Source: Eledone cirrhosa
Lineage: Eukaryota
Length of the DNA: 64,000 nt
NCBI GenBank assembly: GCA_964016885.1
Contig: OZ024763.1
Span: 11,346,001-11,410,000, forward strand
Direction of reading: 5' to 3'
The number at the start of each line of letters is the position of its first letter. Position 1 is the stretch's first letter. The position numbers and the translations under genes were made by a program. Shown here piece after piece: positions 37,808-50,069 of the stretch. The notes below the pieces were generated by a model. It had not been told where the DNA came from and made no database searches. It saw only the letters and a program-made list of their open reading frames with translations.

Positions 37808-38221
37808 GACACCAACACCAAAGGCCAAGTCATTACACCTGATGGGATGACAGAGTTCTTTGAGATACTGGCTGGAGTGCTCCAGGGAGATACATTGGCT
37901 CCCTACCTTTTTATTATCACAGTGGACTATTGTATGCGGCTTGCACTGGAGCAACACCAGGACTCTGGCTTTACTGTAGCACCGGCTCAGAGCAGGAGAG
38001 TTAAGGCTAAAAAGATATCAGATGCTGAATTTGCCGATGACATAGTTCTGGTGACAAACACAGTGGAGGAGGCAGAGGATTTGATGCAGGAGGTGGAGTC
38101 TGTGTCGATGAGTGTGGGGCTGAGAATGAATGAGATTAAGACGAAGTATCTGGTAGAGAATATTAAGAAGCCAGAGAAGATTACACATGTAGGCGGGAAG
38201 CAGCTAGAGTTGGTTGAGGAT
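37808..38221 (+). mobile_element. RTE/RTE-X-like LINE RT fragment
   Basis: TPDGMTEFFEILAGVLQGDTLAPYLFII..EFADDIVL..GLRMNEIKTKY. Confidence 0.88.
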
Positions 38222-38549
38222 GTGGTGCCAGTCTAATGACAGAAACTAGTAAAATAATGTGGTGCACCAGCATGGCCAGAGTCTAGTGGTAGAAACCAGT
38301 ACAAGAATATGGTGCCTCAGTATGGCCAGAGTCAAATGACTGAAACCAGTAGAGGAATGTGTTGCCCCAGCATGGGCAGAGTCAAATGACTGAAACCAGT
38401 AAAATAATTGTTTCTACTTTTGTCACAAAGCCAGCAATTACACAGTGTATTACTGGTACTTTATTTTATTAAACCCTGTAAGGAGGAAAGGCAAAGTAAA
38501 CCTCGATTGGATTTGAACTCAGAACATAAAGGACCATAACTCCATGCTG

Positions 38550-39662
38550 CATGGCCAGTACAGGAATATCAGAATGTGGTGCCCCAGCATGGCCAGTACG
38601 GGAATATCAGAATGTGGTGCCCCAACATGGCCAGTACAGGAATATAAGAATGAGGTGCCCCAACATGGCCAGTACAAGAGTGAGGTGCCCCAGTAGACAA
38701 GAGTGTGTGTGGTGCCCTAGCATGGCCAGTAGACAAGAGTGTGTGTGTGGTGCCCTAGCATGGCCAGTACAGGAATATAAGAATGTGGAGCCCCAGCATG
38801 GCCAGTACACGAGTGGGTGTGGTGCCCCAGCATGGCCAGTACAAGAGTGGGTGTGTGGTGCCCCAGCATGGCCAGTACAAGTGTGTGTGGTGTCCCAGCA
38901 TGGCCAGTACAAGAGTGTGTGTGTGGTGCCCCAGCATGGCCAGTACACAAGTGTGGGTGTGGTGCCCCAGCATGGCCAGTACACAAGTGTGGGTGTGGTG
39001 CCCCAGCATGGCCAGTACAAGAGTGTGTGTGGTGCCCCAGCATGGCCAGTACAAGAGTGTGGTGCCCCAGCATGGCCAGTACAAGAGTGAGGTGCCCCAG
39101 TAGACAAGAGTGTGTGTGGTGCCCTAGCATGGCCAGTACAGGAATATAAGAATGTGATGCCCCAGCATGGCCAGTACAAGAGTGTGTGTGGTGCCCCAGC
39201 ATGGCCAGTACAAGAGTGTGGTGCCCCAGCATGGCCAGTACAAGAGTGAGGTGCCCCAGTAGACAAGAGTGTGTGTGTGGTGCCCTAGCATGGCCAGTAC
39301 AGGAATATAAGAATGTGATGCCCCAGCATGGCCAGTACAAGAGTGTGGGTGGTGCCCCAGCATGGCCAGTACAAGAGAGTGTGGGTGGTGCCCCAGCATG
39401 GCCAGTACAAGAGAGGGTGTGTGGTGCCCCAGCATGGCCAGTACAAGAGTGGGTGTGGGTGGTGCCCCAGCATGGCCAGTACAAGAGAGGGTGTGTGGTG
39501 CCCCAGCATGGCCAGTACAAGAGTGGGTGTGTGGTGCCCCAGCATGGCCAGTACAAGAGTGGGTGTGGGTGGTGCCCCAGCATGGCCAGTACAAGAGTGG
39601 GTGTGGGTGGTGCCCCAGCATGGCCAGTACACGAGTGTGGGTGTAGTGCCCCAGCATGGCCA
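38550..39662. repeat. Variable 30-40-bp minisatellite (gtggtgccccagcatggccagtacaagagt)
   Basis: direct inspection; shares its core with the 50-bp array at 51.4 kb. Confidence 0.93.
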
Positions 39663-39964
39663 CAGCCCCAGACATCCAGGCAACACCAGTGGAGTACATT
39701 CTAGTCAGACTTTCCTAAACTTGATAAAATTCCATAGTTTTTACTTTTATCTAAATTTTAACACGGAACCAGAATTAATCTGGCTTCATTAACACAGTTT
39801 GTTAGTTTAGCAGTTAAACATTCTTTCATTCCATAATTCTAGAATTTGGGAATGTTTTAATTCTATAACAAGTAGCTTTAATGAACCATGGGCTATGGGC
39901 TTGCATGTTGAGTTTCAAGGAAGAAAATGCATGTATATACAAAACATACAGTTGTTTTATTTAT

Positions 39965-40622
39965 ATATGTGTGTGTTTGTGTGTTTGTTTGTTTGTTTGT
40001 ATGCGTGTGCGCATGTATATATGCGTGTGTATATGTAAATGTGTGTGTGTTTGTTTGTTTGTTTGTATGTGTGTGCACATGTATATATGCGTGTGTATAT
40101 GTAAATGTGTGTGTTTGTTTGTTTGTATGTGTGTGCGCATTTATATATGCGTGTGTATATGTAAATGTGTGTGTGTTTGTTTGTTTGTATGTGGGTGCGC
40201 ATGTATATATTTGTGTGCATGAGTGTATATGTAAATGTGTGTGTGTTTGTTTGTATGTGGGTGCGCATGTATATATGTGTGTATATGTAAGTGTGTTTGT
40301 TTGTATGTGTGTGCGCATGTATATATGTGTGTGCATGAGTGTATATGTGAATGTGTGTGTTTGTATGTGTGTGCGCATGTATATATGCGTGTGCATGAGT
40401 GTATATGTATGTGTGTGCGCATGTATATATGCGTGTGCATGAGTGTATATGTAAGTGTGGGTGTTTGTTTGTATGTGTGTGCGTGTGCATGAGTATATGT
40501 AAGTGTGGGTGTTTGTATGTGTGTGCGTGTGCATGAGTATATGTAAGTGTGTGCGCATGTATATATGCGTGTGCATGAGTGTATATGTAAATGTGTGTGT
40601 ATATGTGTACGTATGTGTGCAT
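39965..40622. repeat. GT/TA-rich compound microsatellite
   Basis: direct inspection. Confidence 0.88.
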
Positions 40623-40735
40623 ACAAATACAGAAAATAAAGGATAAACAGCAATGATATATATCAGATGATGCTAATAAGACTTTGTATTTTTACATCTC
40701 TCTGTTGTGTTGTCTTGTCATTTCTTGAACTATAT

Positions 40736-40792
<57 letters not shown>

Positions 40793-40801
40793 TATATATC
40801 T

Positions 40802-41137
40802 ATCATCATCATCATTTTAAGTCCGCTTTTCCCTGCTTGCAAGGGTGGGACGGGAACTGATTCTGGCTTGATTTCTACAGCTGGATGCCCTTCCTAACAC
40901 CAACCTCATTTACAGTGTGGGCTGGGTGCTTTTTTGCCGTGGCACCTACACGACCACTTTACAGTGGAATGATAGGGACCCCAGTCCCTATCATCTCATT
41001 TCTACAGCTGAGTAAACTGGAGCAATGTGAAATAAAGTGTCTTGCTCAAGGAAACAACACATCACCCGGTCTGAGAATTGAACTCACAACCTTTCGATTG
41101 TAAGGCCAATGCTCTAACCACTAAGCCATGTGCCTCC
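40802..41137 (-). mobile_element. SINE family A, full length
   Basis: Reverse complement of the 29017 type. Confidence 0.92.
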
Positions 41138-41239
41138 AGATGTTGAAGTGAAGAGGCTGTAGATGTCAAAGTTAGCAGGATGCTGAAGTAGAAGTCTACA
41201 TGTTCTAGATGTGGAAGTCAGCAGACTTCAGATGTCTAA

Positions 41240-42168
41240 GTCAACAGCCTCCAGTTGTAGAGTTCAACACAGCCTCCAGTTGTAGAGGTCAACACAGCCT
41301 CCAGTTGTAGAGGTCAACACAGCCTCCAGTTGTAGAGTTCAACACAGCCTCCAGTTGTGGAGGTCAGCACAGGCTCCAGTTGTAGAGGTCAACACAGCCT
41401 CCAGTTGTAGAGGTTAACACAGCCTCTAGTTGTGGAGGTCAGCACAGGCTCCAGTTGTAGAGGTCAACACAGACTCCAGTTGTAGAGGTCAACACAGCCT
41501 CTAGTTGTGGAGGTCAACACAGCCTCCAGTTGTAGAGGTTAACACAGCCTCTAGTTGTGGAGGTCAGCACAGGCTCCAGTTGTAGAGGTCAACACAGACT
41601 CCAGTTGTAGAGGTCAACACAGCCTCTAGTTGTGGAGGTCAACAGCCTGATTGGTGGAGGTCAGCACAGGCTTCAGTTGTAGAGGTCAACACAGCCTCCA
41701 GTTGTAGAGGTCAACACAGCCTCTAGTTGTGGAGGTCAACAGCCTGATTTGTGGAGGTCAGCACAGGCTCCAGTTGTAGAGGTCAACAGCCTGATTTGTG
41801 GAGGTCAGCACAGGCTCCAGTTGTAGAGGTCAACACAGCCTCCAGTTGTGGAGGTCAGCACAGGCTCCTGTCGTAGAAGTCTACAATTGTGAAAGTCAAC
41901 ACAGGCTCCAGTTGTGGAGATCAACAACCTCCAGTTGTGGACGTTAACCCCTCCATTTGTTGAGGTCAACAACCTCCAGTTGTGGAGGTCAACACATGCT
42001 GCAGTTGTGGAGGTCAACACAGGCTCAGTTGTGGAGGTCAGCCCAGTCTCCTATTGTGGAGGTCAGCCGCCTCCAGATGTTTTGGTTGAGTTTGAGACAG
42101 GCTCCAGATGTTGTGGTTGATGTCAACACAGCCTACAGTTGTGGAGGTCAACATAGGTTCCAGTTGTG
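41240..42168. repeat. 25-bp minisatellite (agcctccagttgtagaggtcaacac), degenerating at both edges
   Basis: direct inspection. Confidence 0.93.
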
Positions 42169-42821
42169 TTGAGACAGCACCCATATCAAGGCTCCTCTCA
42201 GTGACCTCATTAAAATCACAAAGTATTTATGGATTAGAATCTTTCCTGATTCTTCTTGCTTCAGTTTGTTTGTCTGGAGGCCCACCTATTTCATCGTTGA
42301 ATGCTTACATGGTTGAATGGTTAAACTGTAAGAGAATCAGCCAAGTGGAAAAATAATTGTACCAGCAAACAATTGAAATTTTCTTAAAAAGAAAAAATAA
42401 TGGATAAAAGCTTTTTTTTAAGAATGAAAAACAACCCCCTTCCCCCTCCCCTTAAAAAACAAACTATTCTTTCTGTCTCTTCATGAATGTTATATGCTGT
42501 ATTATGGGTGTTAAAAATTATAAAACACTCTGCCATTTTCCAGAATATTGTTTCTGGTAGCTGTTAGCAAGACGGACATTACATTGGATATATTTGGAAA
42601 TACAACTTCATTATGGAGTATATTGAAACATAAATGTTATTACTCTGCAATATATATATGGTATGGTCCCGTAACCTCTGAGTTGTAGGGGCACTGTATT
42701 GACATACAGCGTTTCTTGGGCCTTTTAAGACTGGCTGAGCCCATTCCTATCCAGGGCAGAGTACAGCAGATTTCTTCCAAAGAAGGAGTGAGGGGAAGTG
42801 AGAAAGAGATATAGAGGAAGA

Positions 42822-42965
42822 ATTAACCCCAGTATTTGACTGGTACTTTTTTTTATCAACATCGAAAGGATGAAAGGCAAAACTGACCTCAGCGGGATTT
42901 GAACTCTGAGAGCTGGAATGAATACCACAACGCATTCTATTCAACGTTCTAACGACTCTGCCAAT
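42822..42965 (-). mobile_element. SINE family B-related copy
   Basis: ggatgaaaggcaaaactgacctcagcgggatttgaactc..gactctgccaa. Confidence 0.72.
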
Positions 42966-43394
42966 AAGCAATAAAAAAAGAAGGAAAATAAGAAAAAGAG
43001 TAAGAAAAAAGGAATAGAGCAATGAAAGAGAGGAAGAGAGGGAGGGAGTGACAGATCTTACACCCCAGTCTGGGTGGTATTTTAACTGTGACCTGCATAT
43101 TACAGATAAAATGGCAAAGGTATTGCCATAGAGAATGGTCAAACACATCCACTGCCACAGCTACTCTACCTCACATGGATCATACTTCAGGTACTCTCCT
43201 ATCTCTCCAATTTTATATATATATAATTCTTGAGAAATCATCAGGAATCATAGAGATTCCTGATGATTTCTCAAGAATGAAACAGTTCTAGTCCTGTAGA
43301 ATCTCATCTATATTAAAACTTTTATACTCTGCTATGTATTGAGTACCTTACTTACTGTGGTTACCTCCGATTCAACCCGGAATAACTTACCTAT

Positions 43395-43799
43395 ATCATC
43401 ATTTCATCATCATTTCATTTTACATCCGCTTTTTCCTGCTTGCAAGGGTGGGACGGGAACTGATTCTGGCTTGATTTCTACAGCTGGATGCCCTTCCTAA
43501 CACCAACCTCATTTACAGTGAGTGCTGGGTGCTTTTTTGCCGTGGCACCTCCACAACCACTTTACAGTGTGGGCTGGGTGCTTTTTTGCCGTGGCACCTA
43601 CATGTCCACTTTACAGTGTGGGCTGGGTGCTTTTTTGCCATGGCACCTCCACGACCACTTTGCAGTGGAATGAGTAAACTGGAGCAATGTGAAATAAAGT
43701 GTCTTGCTCAAGGAAACAACACATCACCCGGTCTGAGAATTGAACTCACAACCTTTCAATTGCAAAGCCAATGCTCTAACCACTAAGCCATGTGCCTCC
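43395..43799 (-). mobile_element. SINE family A (extra internal module copies, hairpin deleted)
   Basis: homologous to 40802-41137. Confidence 0.9.
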
Positions 43800-43802
43800 A
43801 TA

Positions 43803-44239
43803 TCATCATCATCATCATCATCATCAACGTTTAACGTCCGTGTTCCACGCTTGCATGGGTTTGGACGGGGGTAGTCCCACTTGAGGCAAGAGTGATTGTC
43901 TTGCTCGCATAGGACTGTCTGGCAGGTTTTCTACAGTTGGATGCCCTTCCTAACACCAACCACATTTACAGTGTGGGTCTGGGAGGTTTTTACCGTGTTG
44001 CCTACACGGCCACATTACAGCGTGGACTGTGTGTTTTTTTGTCGTGACACCTACACGATCTCATTTGTTTCGGCCTCGATGGCGCGGCACCAACATAACT
44101 TTACATAGAACGGGGTGGTGTGGATGGGGTGGGGGCGGGGGGTGGTGGGACGGGGTGTATTTTGTTAGAGATGCCTACTGGCTGGAGTAGGTTTTACTAT
44201 ATATTTAGGTAAGGCGGGTCTTCTCTGTTACTGAGTACC
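43803..44239 (-). mobile_element. Second, heavily 5'-truncated copy of the RTE LINE (last codons plus 3' UTR)
   Basis: Nearly identical to 35724-36160. Confidence 0.92.
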
Positions 44240-45311
44240 TATATATATATATAGTATATAGTACCTATATATATATATAGTACCTATATATATATAGTAC
44301 CTATATATAGTACCTATATATATATATATTTTGGTAGAAATCCATAGATGAAAGATCGACGAAAACAGTGCTCAATGTGTTGGAAGAGAGCTTATTTAGT
44401 ATAAACAAAATTTCATACACTTAACATGTATGTGCTACCATTGGTTTCAAGGTTCAGTCATGGCCTTCACTGTAGAATGGAGGAGGCAATATTAAACTGG
44501 CCCTTCATTCAGGCATGTAGAAAAAGATATGAGAAATCATAAAATCTATCTATCTATAACTGTAACTATAACTGTATATATACAGTTATAGATATATATA
44601 TATATATAACACACACAAACATACCAACACACAAACACACATTCTCACTATACATTAGTTATCTCCCTTTGTTAACCTCTTTTACATCATATTTACCATT
44701 CACCAGCCACTCTCCAAGATGGCCAACTGAATATGCATGTATGGTTTTTTCTCCCGTTTCTTCCTCTTATTACTCTTTACTTTCTATTTATTTTTTACTT
44801 TTAACTCTATCATCTAATGAAAGACTAGCATCCAAAACGTTAAGACTCTTTTCTTGCCATTTGTTTTGTTAATTTTGTTAGTACTTTTACATATATATAT
44901 ATATATATATACTTCGTTTTTGAATTTGTTTTGCAAGATTTCTTATCTGAAAACGTGTGTTGAAACAGATATTGTTATACTTTGGGAGGGTCATGTTGCC
45001 AATAAAAACTCACACACTTGTTGGTTTTCACTTCAATTTATTATAAACTTCCGGTTAGTTGGTTCAATAACCAGATGGTTGTTTATATATATATATGAGC
45101 TTTTGAAGACAGCATGATCATCCCAAAGTATAACAATATATATATTTATATATACTAGCCGAATTACCCACACCTTGCTGCGTTTCACACATTTTTTTTT
45201 GTAAGAAAATGATGATTGATTTTAAATCAGTGATATAATTTGTGGATATATATTATAAAAATTATAAAAAATAAACCAAAGAAGCCTTCAATACATCAAA
45301 AGTCTTTATTA

Positions 45312-45349
45312 GCCAACAATGTTTCGTCCTATTGAGGACTCATCAGGGC
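45312..45349 (-). ncRNA. Minimal type I hammerhead ribozyme motif, canonical core
   Basis: GCC CUGAUGA GUCCU-CAAU-AGGAC GAA ACAUUGU U GGC, followed by AAUAAA. Confidence 0.72.
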
Positions 45350-45412
45350 AAGTAAAGCTACAAGAAGCACTATCGGCCAATACAAGCCAAAAACTATATA
45401 TATATATATATG

Positions 45413-45739
45413 AATGATATTAATAAAGGGAAACTATATTTATAAAAGCATATTTATTCTATTATATATATTTCAAGGGTACCAAAACTCTGGTACGCCC
45501 TCATCAGATAAAATACCAAATTTGTTTTATAAATATTGACATATCCAAAAAACCAGACCTTCTCGGTTCAGGTTCAGGTTGGATACCCTTGAAATATATA
45601 TAATAGAATAAATATAGTTTTATAAAGATAGTTTCTATTTATTAATATCATTGATATTATACTCCAGAAAACCTCTAGAGTGCTTCGAATCTGTTATAAA
45701 TAAATTTGTTGAATAACCAACAAATTAATATCTCTTTGC

Positions 45740-45740
<1 letters not shown>
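45413..45740. mobile_element. Fold-back hammerhead-bearing element (motif at 45455-45515 minus; right arm truncated in stem II)
   Basis: UAUUUUAU CUGAUGA GGGCGUACCA..UGGUACCCUU GAA AUAUAUAU A AUAGAAUA. Confidence 0.7.
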
Positions 45741-45770
<30 letters not shown>

Positions 45771-45980
45771 CCACCCTTGCAAAGCAGGGAAAAGCGGACG
45801 TAAAATGATGATGATGATGATATATATAGAGAGGGGGGGACTGTAAGTCTATACAGACATATACCCTAACTATATATACCTTCAACAATTGTCTTACTTC
45901 TGTATTTCATTATAAAATATGTTTACAATATTACAATATATTAAAGCTGAACATTTTACAAATATTATGATTTAATTTAG

Positions 45981-45982
<2 letters not shown>

Positions 45983-46027
<45 letters not shown>

Positions 46028-47080
46028 TGTATGTATGTATGTATGTATGTGTATGTATGTATGTATCGATCTATGTATATATATGTATGTGTATATATGT
46101 ATGTAGGTGTGCATGTTGTATGTATATATGTATGTATTTATATATGTGTATGTATGTATCGATTGATGTGTGTATATATATATGTGCATGTATGTATATA
46201 TGTGTATGCATGTATCGATTGATGTATGTATATGTGTATGTGTATGTAGGTGTGCATGTATGTATGTATATATGTGTATGTAGGTATGTATATATGTATG
46301 TATCCAGGTATGTATGTATGGTTGTATGTATGCAGGTATGTATGTATGGTTGTATGTATATATGTATGTATGCAGGTATGTATGTATGGTTGTATGTATG
46401 TACATATATATGTGTGTGTATGTACATGTATAATATAATATATGTGTGTGTGTATGTACATATATAATATAATATATATGTTTGTGTGTGTGCACATATA
46501 TATAATATAATATATGTGTGTGTATGTACATATATAATATAATATATATGTGTGTGTATGTACATATATATAATATAATATATGTGTGTGTGAATGTTTA
46601 TTTAAATAAATATTTTCTGTTGCTATTTTTAAATTGTAATATTACAATCTTTTCATTTTATGAAATTATTCGGAATGACATCAACTATAACAACAACCAC
46701 CACCCCAACACCACCACCACCACCACAACACCACCACCACCACAACACCACCATCACCACAACACCACCACCACCCCAACTCCACCACCACAACCACCAC
46801 CACAACAACACCACCACCACCACAACACCACCACCACCCCAACACCACCACCACCCCAACACCACCACCACAACACCACTACAACACCACCACCACCACA
46901 ACACCACCACCACCCCAACACCACCACCACAACACCACCACAACAACAACACCACCACCCCAACACCACCACCACAACACCACCACCACAACACCACCAC
47001 CACCACCACCACCACCACAACACCACCAACACCAACACCACCACCACCACCACCACAACACCACCACAACCACGACAACT
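45983..47080. repeat. (TA)n/(GTAT)n and (CAC/CAA)n microsatellites
   Basis: direct inspection. Confidence 0.9.
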
Positions 47081-47350
47081 GCTGTAAATATAGTTGTCGC
47101 TAGAAACATTTACTGAATTACAGAACATAACAGTTTTTGAAACTTTCCAACCCTATATATAGCTTAATGGTAAAGTACTACAGCATATATATATATATAT
47201 ATAACAAAGGAAATGCGGTAAGGAACCAGATGGACCATAACGCACCAAAGTACTCAATACTTAGGGTAGTAGAGTGGGTAATAGGAACAAGTATGACCCC
47301 GATGGCAGAGCTCAAGCCATTTCGATGGCTAATTCTGGACTAGAATTAGT

Positions 47351-47740
47351 GGGACGGGAACTGATTCTGGCTTGATTTCTACAGCTGGATGCCCTTCCTA
47401 ACACCAACCTCATTTACAGTGAGTGCTGGGTGCTTTTTTTCCATGGCGCCTACACGTCCACTTTACAGTGTGGGCTGGGTGCTTTTTTTGCCGTGGCACC
47501 TCCACGACCACTTTGCAGTGTGGGCTGGGTGCTTTCTTGCCGTGACACCTCCACGACCACTTTGCAGTGGAATGATAGGGACACCAGTCCCTATCATCTC
47601 ATTTCTACAGCTGAGTAAACTGGAGCAATGTGAAATAAAGTGTCTTGCTCAAGGAAACAACACATCACCCGGTCTGAGAATTGAACTCACAACCTTTCGA
47701 TTGTAAGGCCAATGCTCTAACCACTAAGCCATGTGCCTCC
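47351..47740 (-). mobile_element. SINE family A lacking the extreme tail
   Basis: homologous to 40802-41137. Confidence 0.9.
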
Positions 47741-48048
47741 ATGAAATTTCTGTACCCGGTTTTTTTTTTTTAGTGTAGAACCTGACAGAGATTGAACTGC
47801 TAACCAGTATCACGACTGTCTCTAATATCTACCACTAGGCCACTGAGATATATATATATGAAAAGATTCAGGACCCCAACGGCTGAGCTCCGGCTGTTTC
47901 GACAGCTAGATCCGAGCTGTCAAAAGGGCAGGAGCTCAGCCGTCAGGGTCCTGAATCTTTTCATATTACCCACTCTACTACCCCAAGTTACGAGTACTCT
48001 GGTACGTTATGGTCCACCTGGTATCTTATCTTGCCATACCCTCTTTGT

Positions 48049-48130
<82 letters not shown>

Positions 48131-48213
48131 AAGTTATATTTAAAATTGTTGGGTTACAACTAGTAAATATTTATAACTGATATAAAAGCACTCGACAATA
48201 TTTGGAGTATATT

Positions 48214-48557
48214 TACAATATTAAATAAATGGAAAACTATATTTATAAAACCATATTTATTTCATTATATATATTTCGGGGATATCATATTAACAATATG
48301 CTATGCCTTCATCAGACAAAATACAATATAAAATACAATATAATTACAAAATACAATATAATTACACTGCCAGCGTAAACCTCTTCAAATGAAGTCGGTG
48401 TTATTACGGTATGTCGAATCTATTTATCTATAAAACTGTTTATATTGTATTTTGTCTGATGAAGGCATAGCATATTGTTAATATGATATCCCCGAAATAT
48501 ATATAATGAAATAAATATGGTTTTATAAATATAGTTTTCCATTTATTTAATATTGTA
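48214..48557. mobile_element. Fold-back element (about 119-bp arms, about 105-bp spacer) with a hammerhead-like motif in each arm
   Basis: Plus motif 48448-48513: UAUUUUGU CUGAUGA AGGCAUAGCAUAUU-GUU-AAUAUGAUAUCCCC GAA AUAUAUAU A AUGAAAUA. Confidence 0.8.
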
Positions 48558-48672
48558 TATATATATATATATATATATTACATATAATTATTACATAATA
48601 AAATAGCTCTGTACAATACATAGAGCACTCTTCTTTCCTTTACCTTTTCTATGGAAATACATATATATATAT

Positions 48673-49003
48673 GGAGGCACATGGCTTAGTGGTTAGAGCA
48701 TTGGCCTTGCAATTGAAAGGTTGTGAGTTCAATTCTCAGACTGGGTGATGTGTTGTTTCCTTGAGCAAGACACTTTATTTTACATTGCTCCAGTTTACTC
48801 AGCTGTAGAAATGAGATGATAGGGACTGGGGTCCATATAATTCCACTGCAAAGTGGTCGTGGAGGTGCCACGGCAAAAAAGCACCCAGCACTCACTGTAA
48901 ATGAGGTTGGTGTTAGGAAGGGCATCCAGCTGTAGAGATCAAGCCAGAATCAGTTCCCGTCCCACCCTTGCAAGCAGGGAAAAGTGGACGTAAAATGAAA
49001 TGA
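48673..49003 (+). mobile_element. SINE family A, full length
   Basis: A/B boxes, tail. Confidence 0.92.
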
Positions 49004-49017
49004 TATATATGGATGGA

Positions 49018-49525
49018 GTGAATGAATGAATGGGGAATTCTTCGCTTGCTAAGATCAGTGGGAAGAATTGTTGTCCTCTTCCGTGTGGTGGCACACTCTG
49101 AAGTGGCTGTAGAGGCCAATCCTGGAGCTGCAGTTAGGGCAAATGTGTACTTGGTCAGTTGGTGGCTGGGTGGTGAACAGTTTTCTTCTTTGATGTTTGT
49201 CTTCAGCTGCCACCTTTCTGCCCTCTTCCAAGCTGGCTACAGCTGTTTTGATGGGTACTCTCCATTTCTCTCTGTCCTCTGCCAGGTGTTCCTATTCCCT
49301 ATGATCAATATTGCCTTGGACCAGCTGGCGCTTGAGTTAGTTCTTGGAGCATTTTCGGGGAGCCCCATGGTTTTGATTGCCTTGACATAGTTTGCTGTAG
49401 AAAACTGCCTTTGGCATCCTAGAGTCATTCATGCCCAACACATGACGTTCCCAGTGGAGCTGTCTCAGCATCAGCATGCTCTCAATGCTTGTGATATCAG
49501 CCCTCTTGTGAACTTCCTCGTTTGT
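49018..49525 (-). mobile_element. RTE-BovB-like LINE 3' fragment
   Basis: TNEEVHKRADITSIESMLMLRQLHWERHVLGMNDSRMPKAVFYSKL...CPNCSSRIGLYSH; (CATT)n tail; stops present. Confidence 0.85.
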
Positions 49526-49605
49526 ATGTATATATATATATATATATATACATACAATAATTGTATATATATCATGATGATGATGATGATATATATATAT
49601 AAAAT

Positions 49606-49832
49606 ATATTAATAAATGGAAACTATATTTATAAAACCATAATTATTTTATTATATATATTTCAAGGGCAACCAAGGCAAATTATGGTGCGCTTTCATCA
49701 GATAAAATACAGATTTGTTTTATAAATAAATATTGACATACCCGGAAAAAAGACAACCTTAACGGTTGAAGTTCCCTGGATAGTCAAATTTTTAAGCTTG
49801 TTGAATCCCAACAAATTAAATATAACCTCTGC
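49606..49832 (-). mobile_element. Single-arm copy of the hammerhead-bearing element (motif 49644-49709)
   Basis: UAUUUUAU CUGAUGA AAGCGCACCA..UGGUUGCCCUU GAA AUAUAUAU A AUAAAAUA. Confidence 0.68.
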
Positions 49833-49973
49833 ATATATATATATATATATATATATATTAAATATAATATATATATATAATATATATATATATTAAATAT
49901 AACATATATATATAATATATATATATATATTAAATATAATATAATTTAATATAATATAATTAAATATAACCGC

Positions 49974-50022
<49 letters not shown>

Positions 50023-50069
50023 TATAATCATCATCATCATCATTTTACGTCCGCTTTTCCCCACTTTTC

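Noticed and set aside
38550-39662. CRISPR-like constant repeat with variable spacers
   Set aside because: Spacers are short, related GT-rich variants; eukaryotic context and no cas genes.
46518-47128. His/Pro/Thr-rich ORFs (also 24310-25140 and 34798-35283)
   Set aside because: (CAC)n low-complexity sequence open in all frames, with no splice support.
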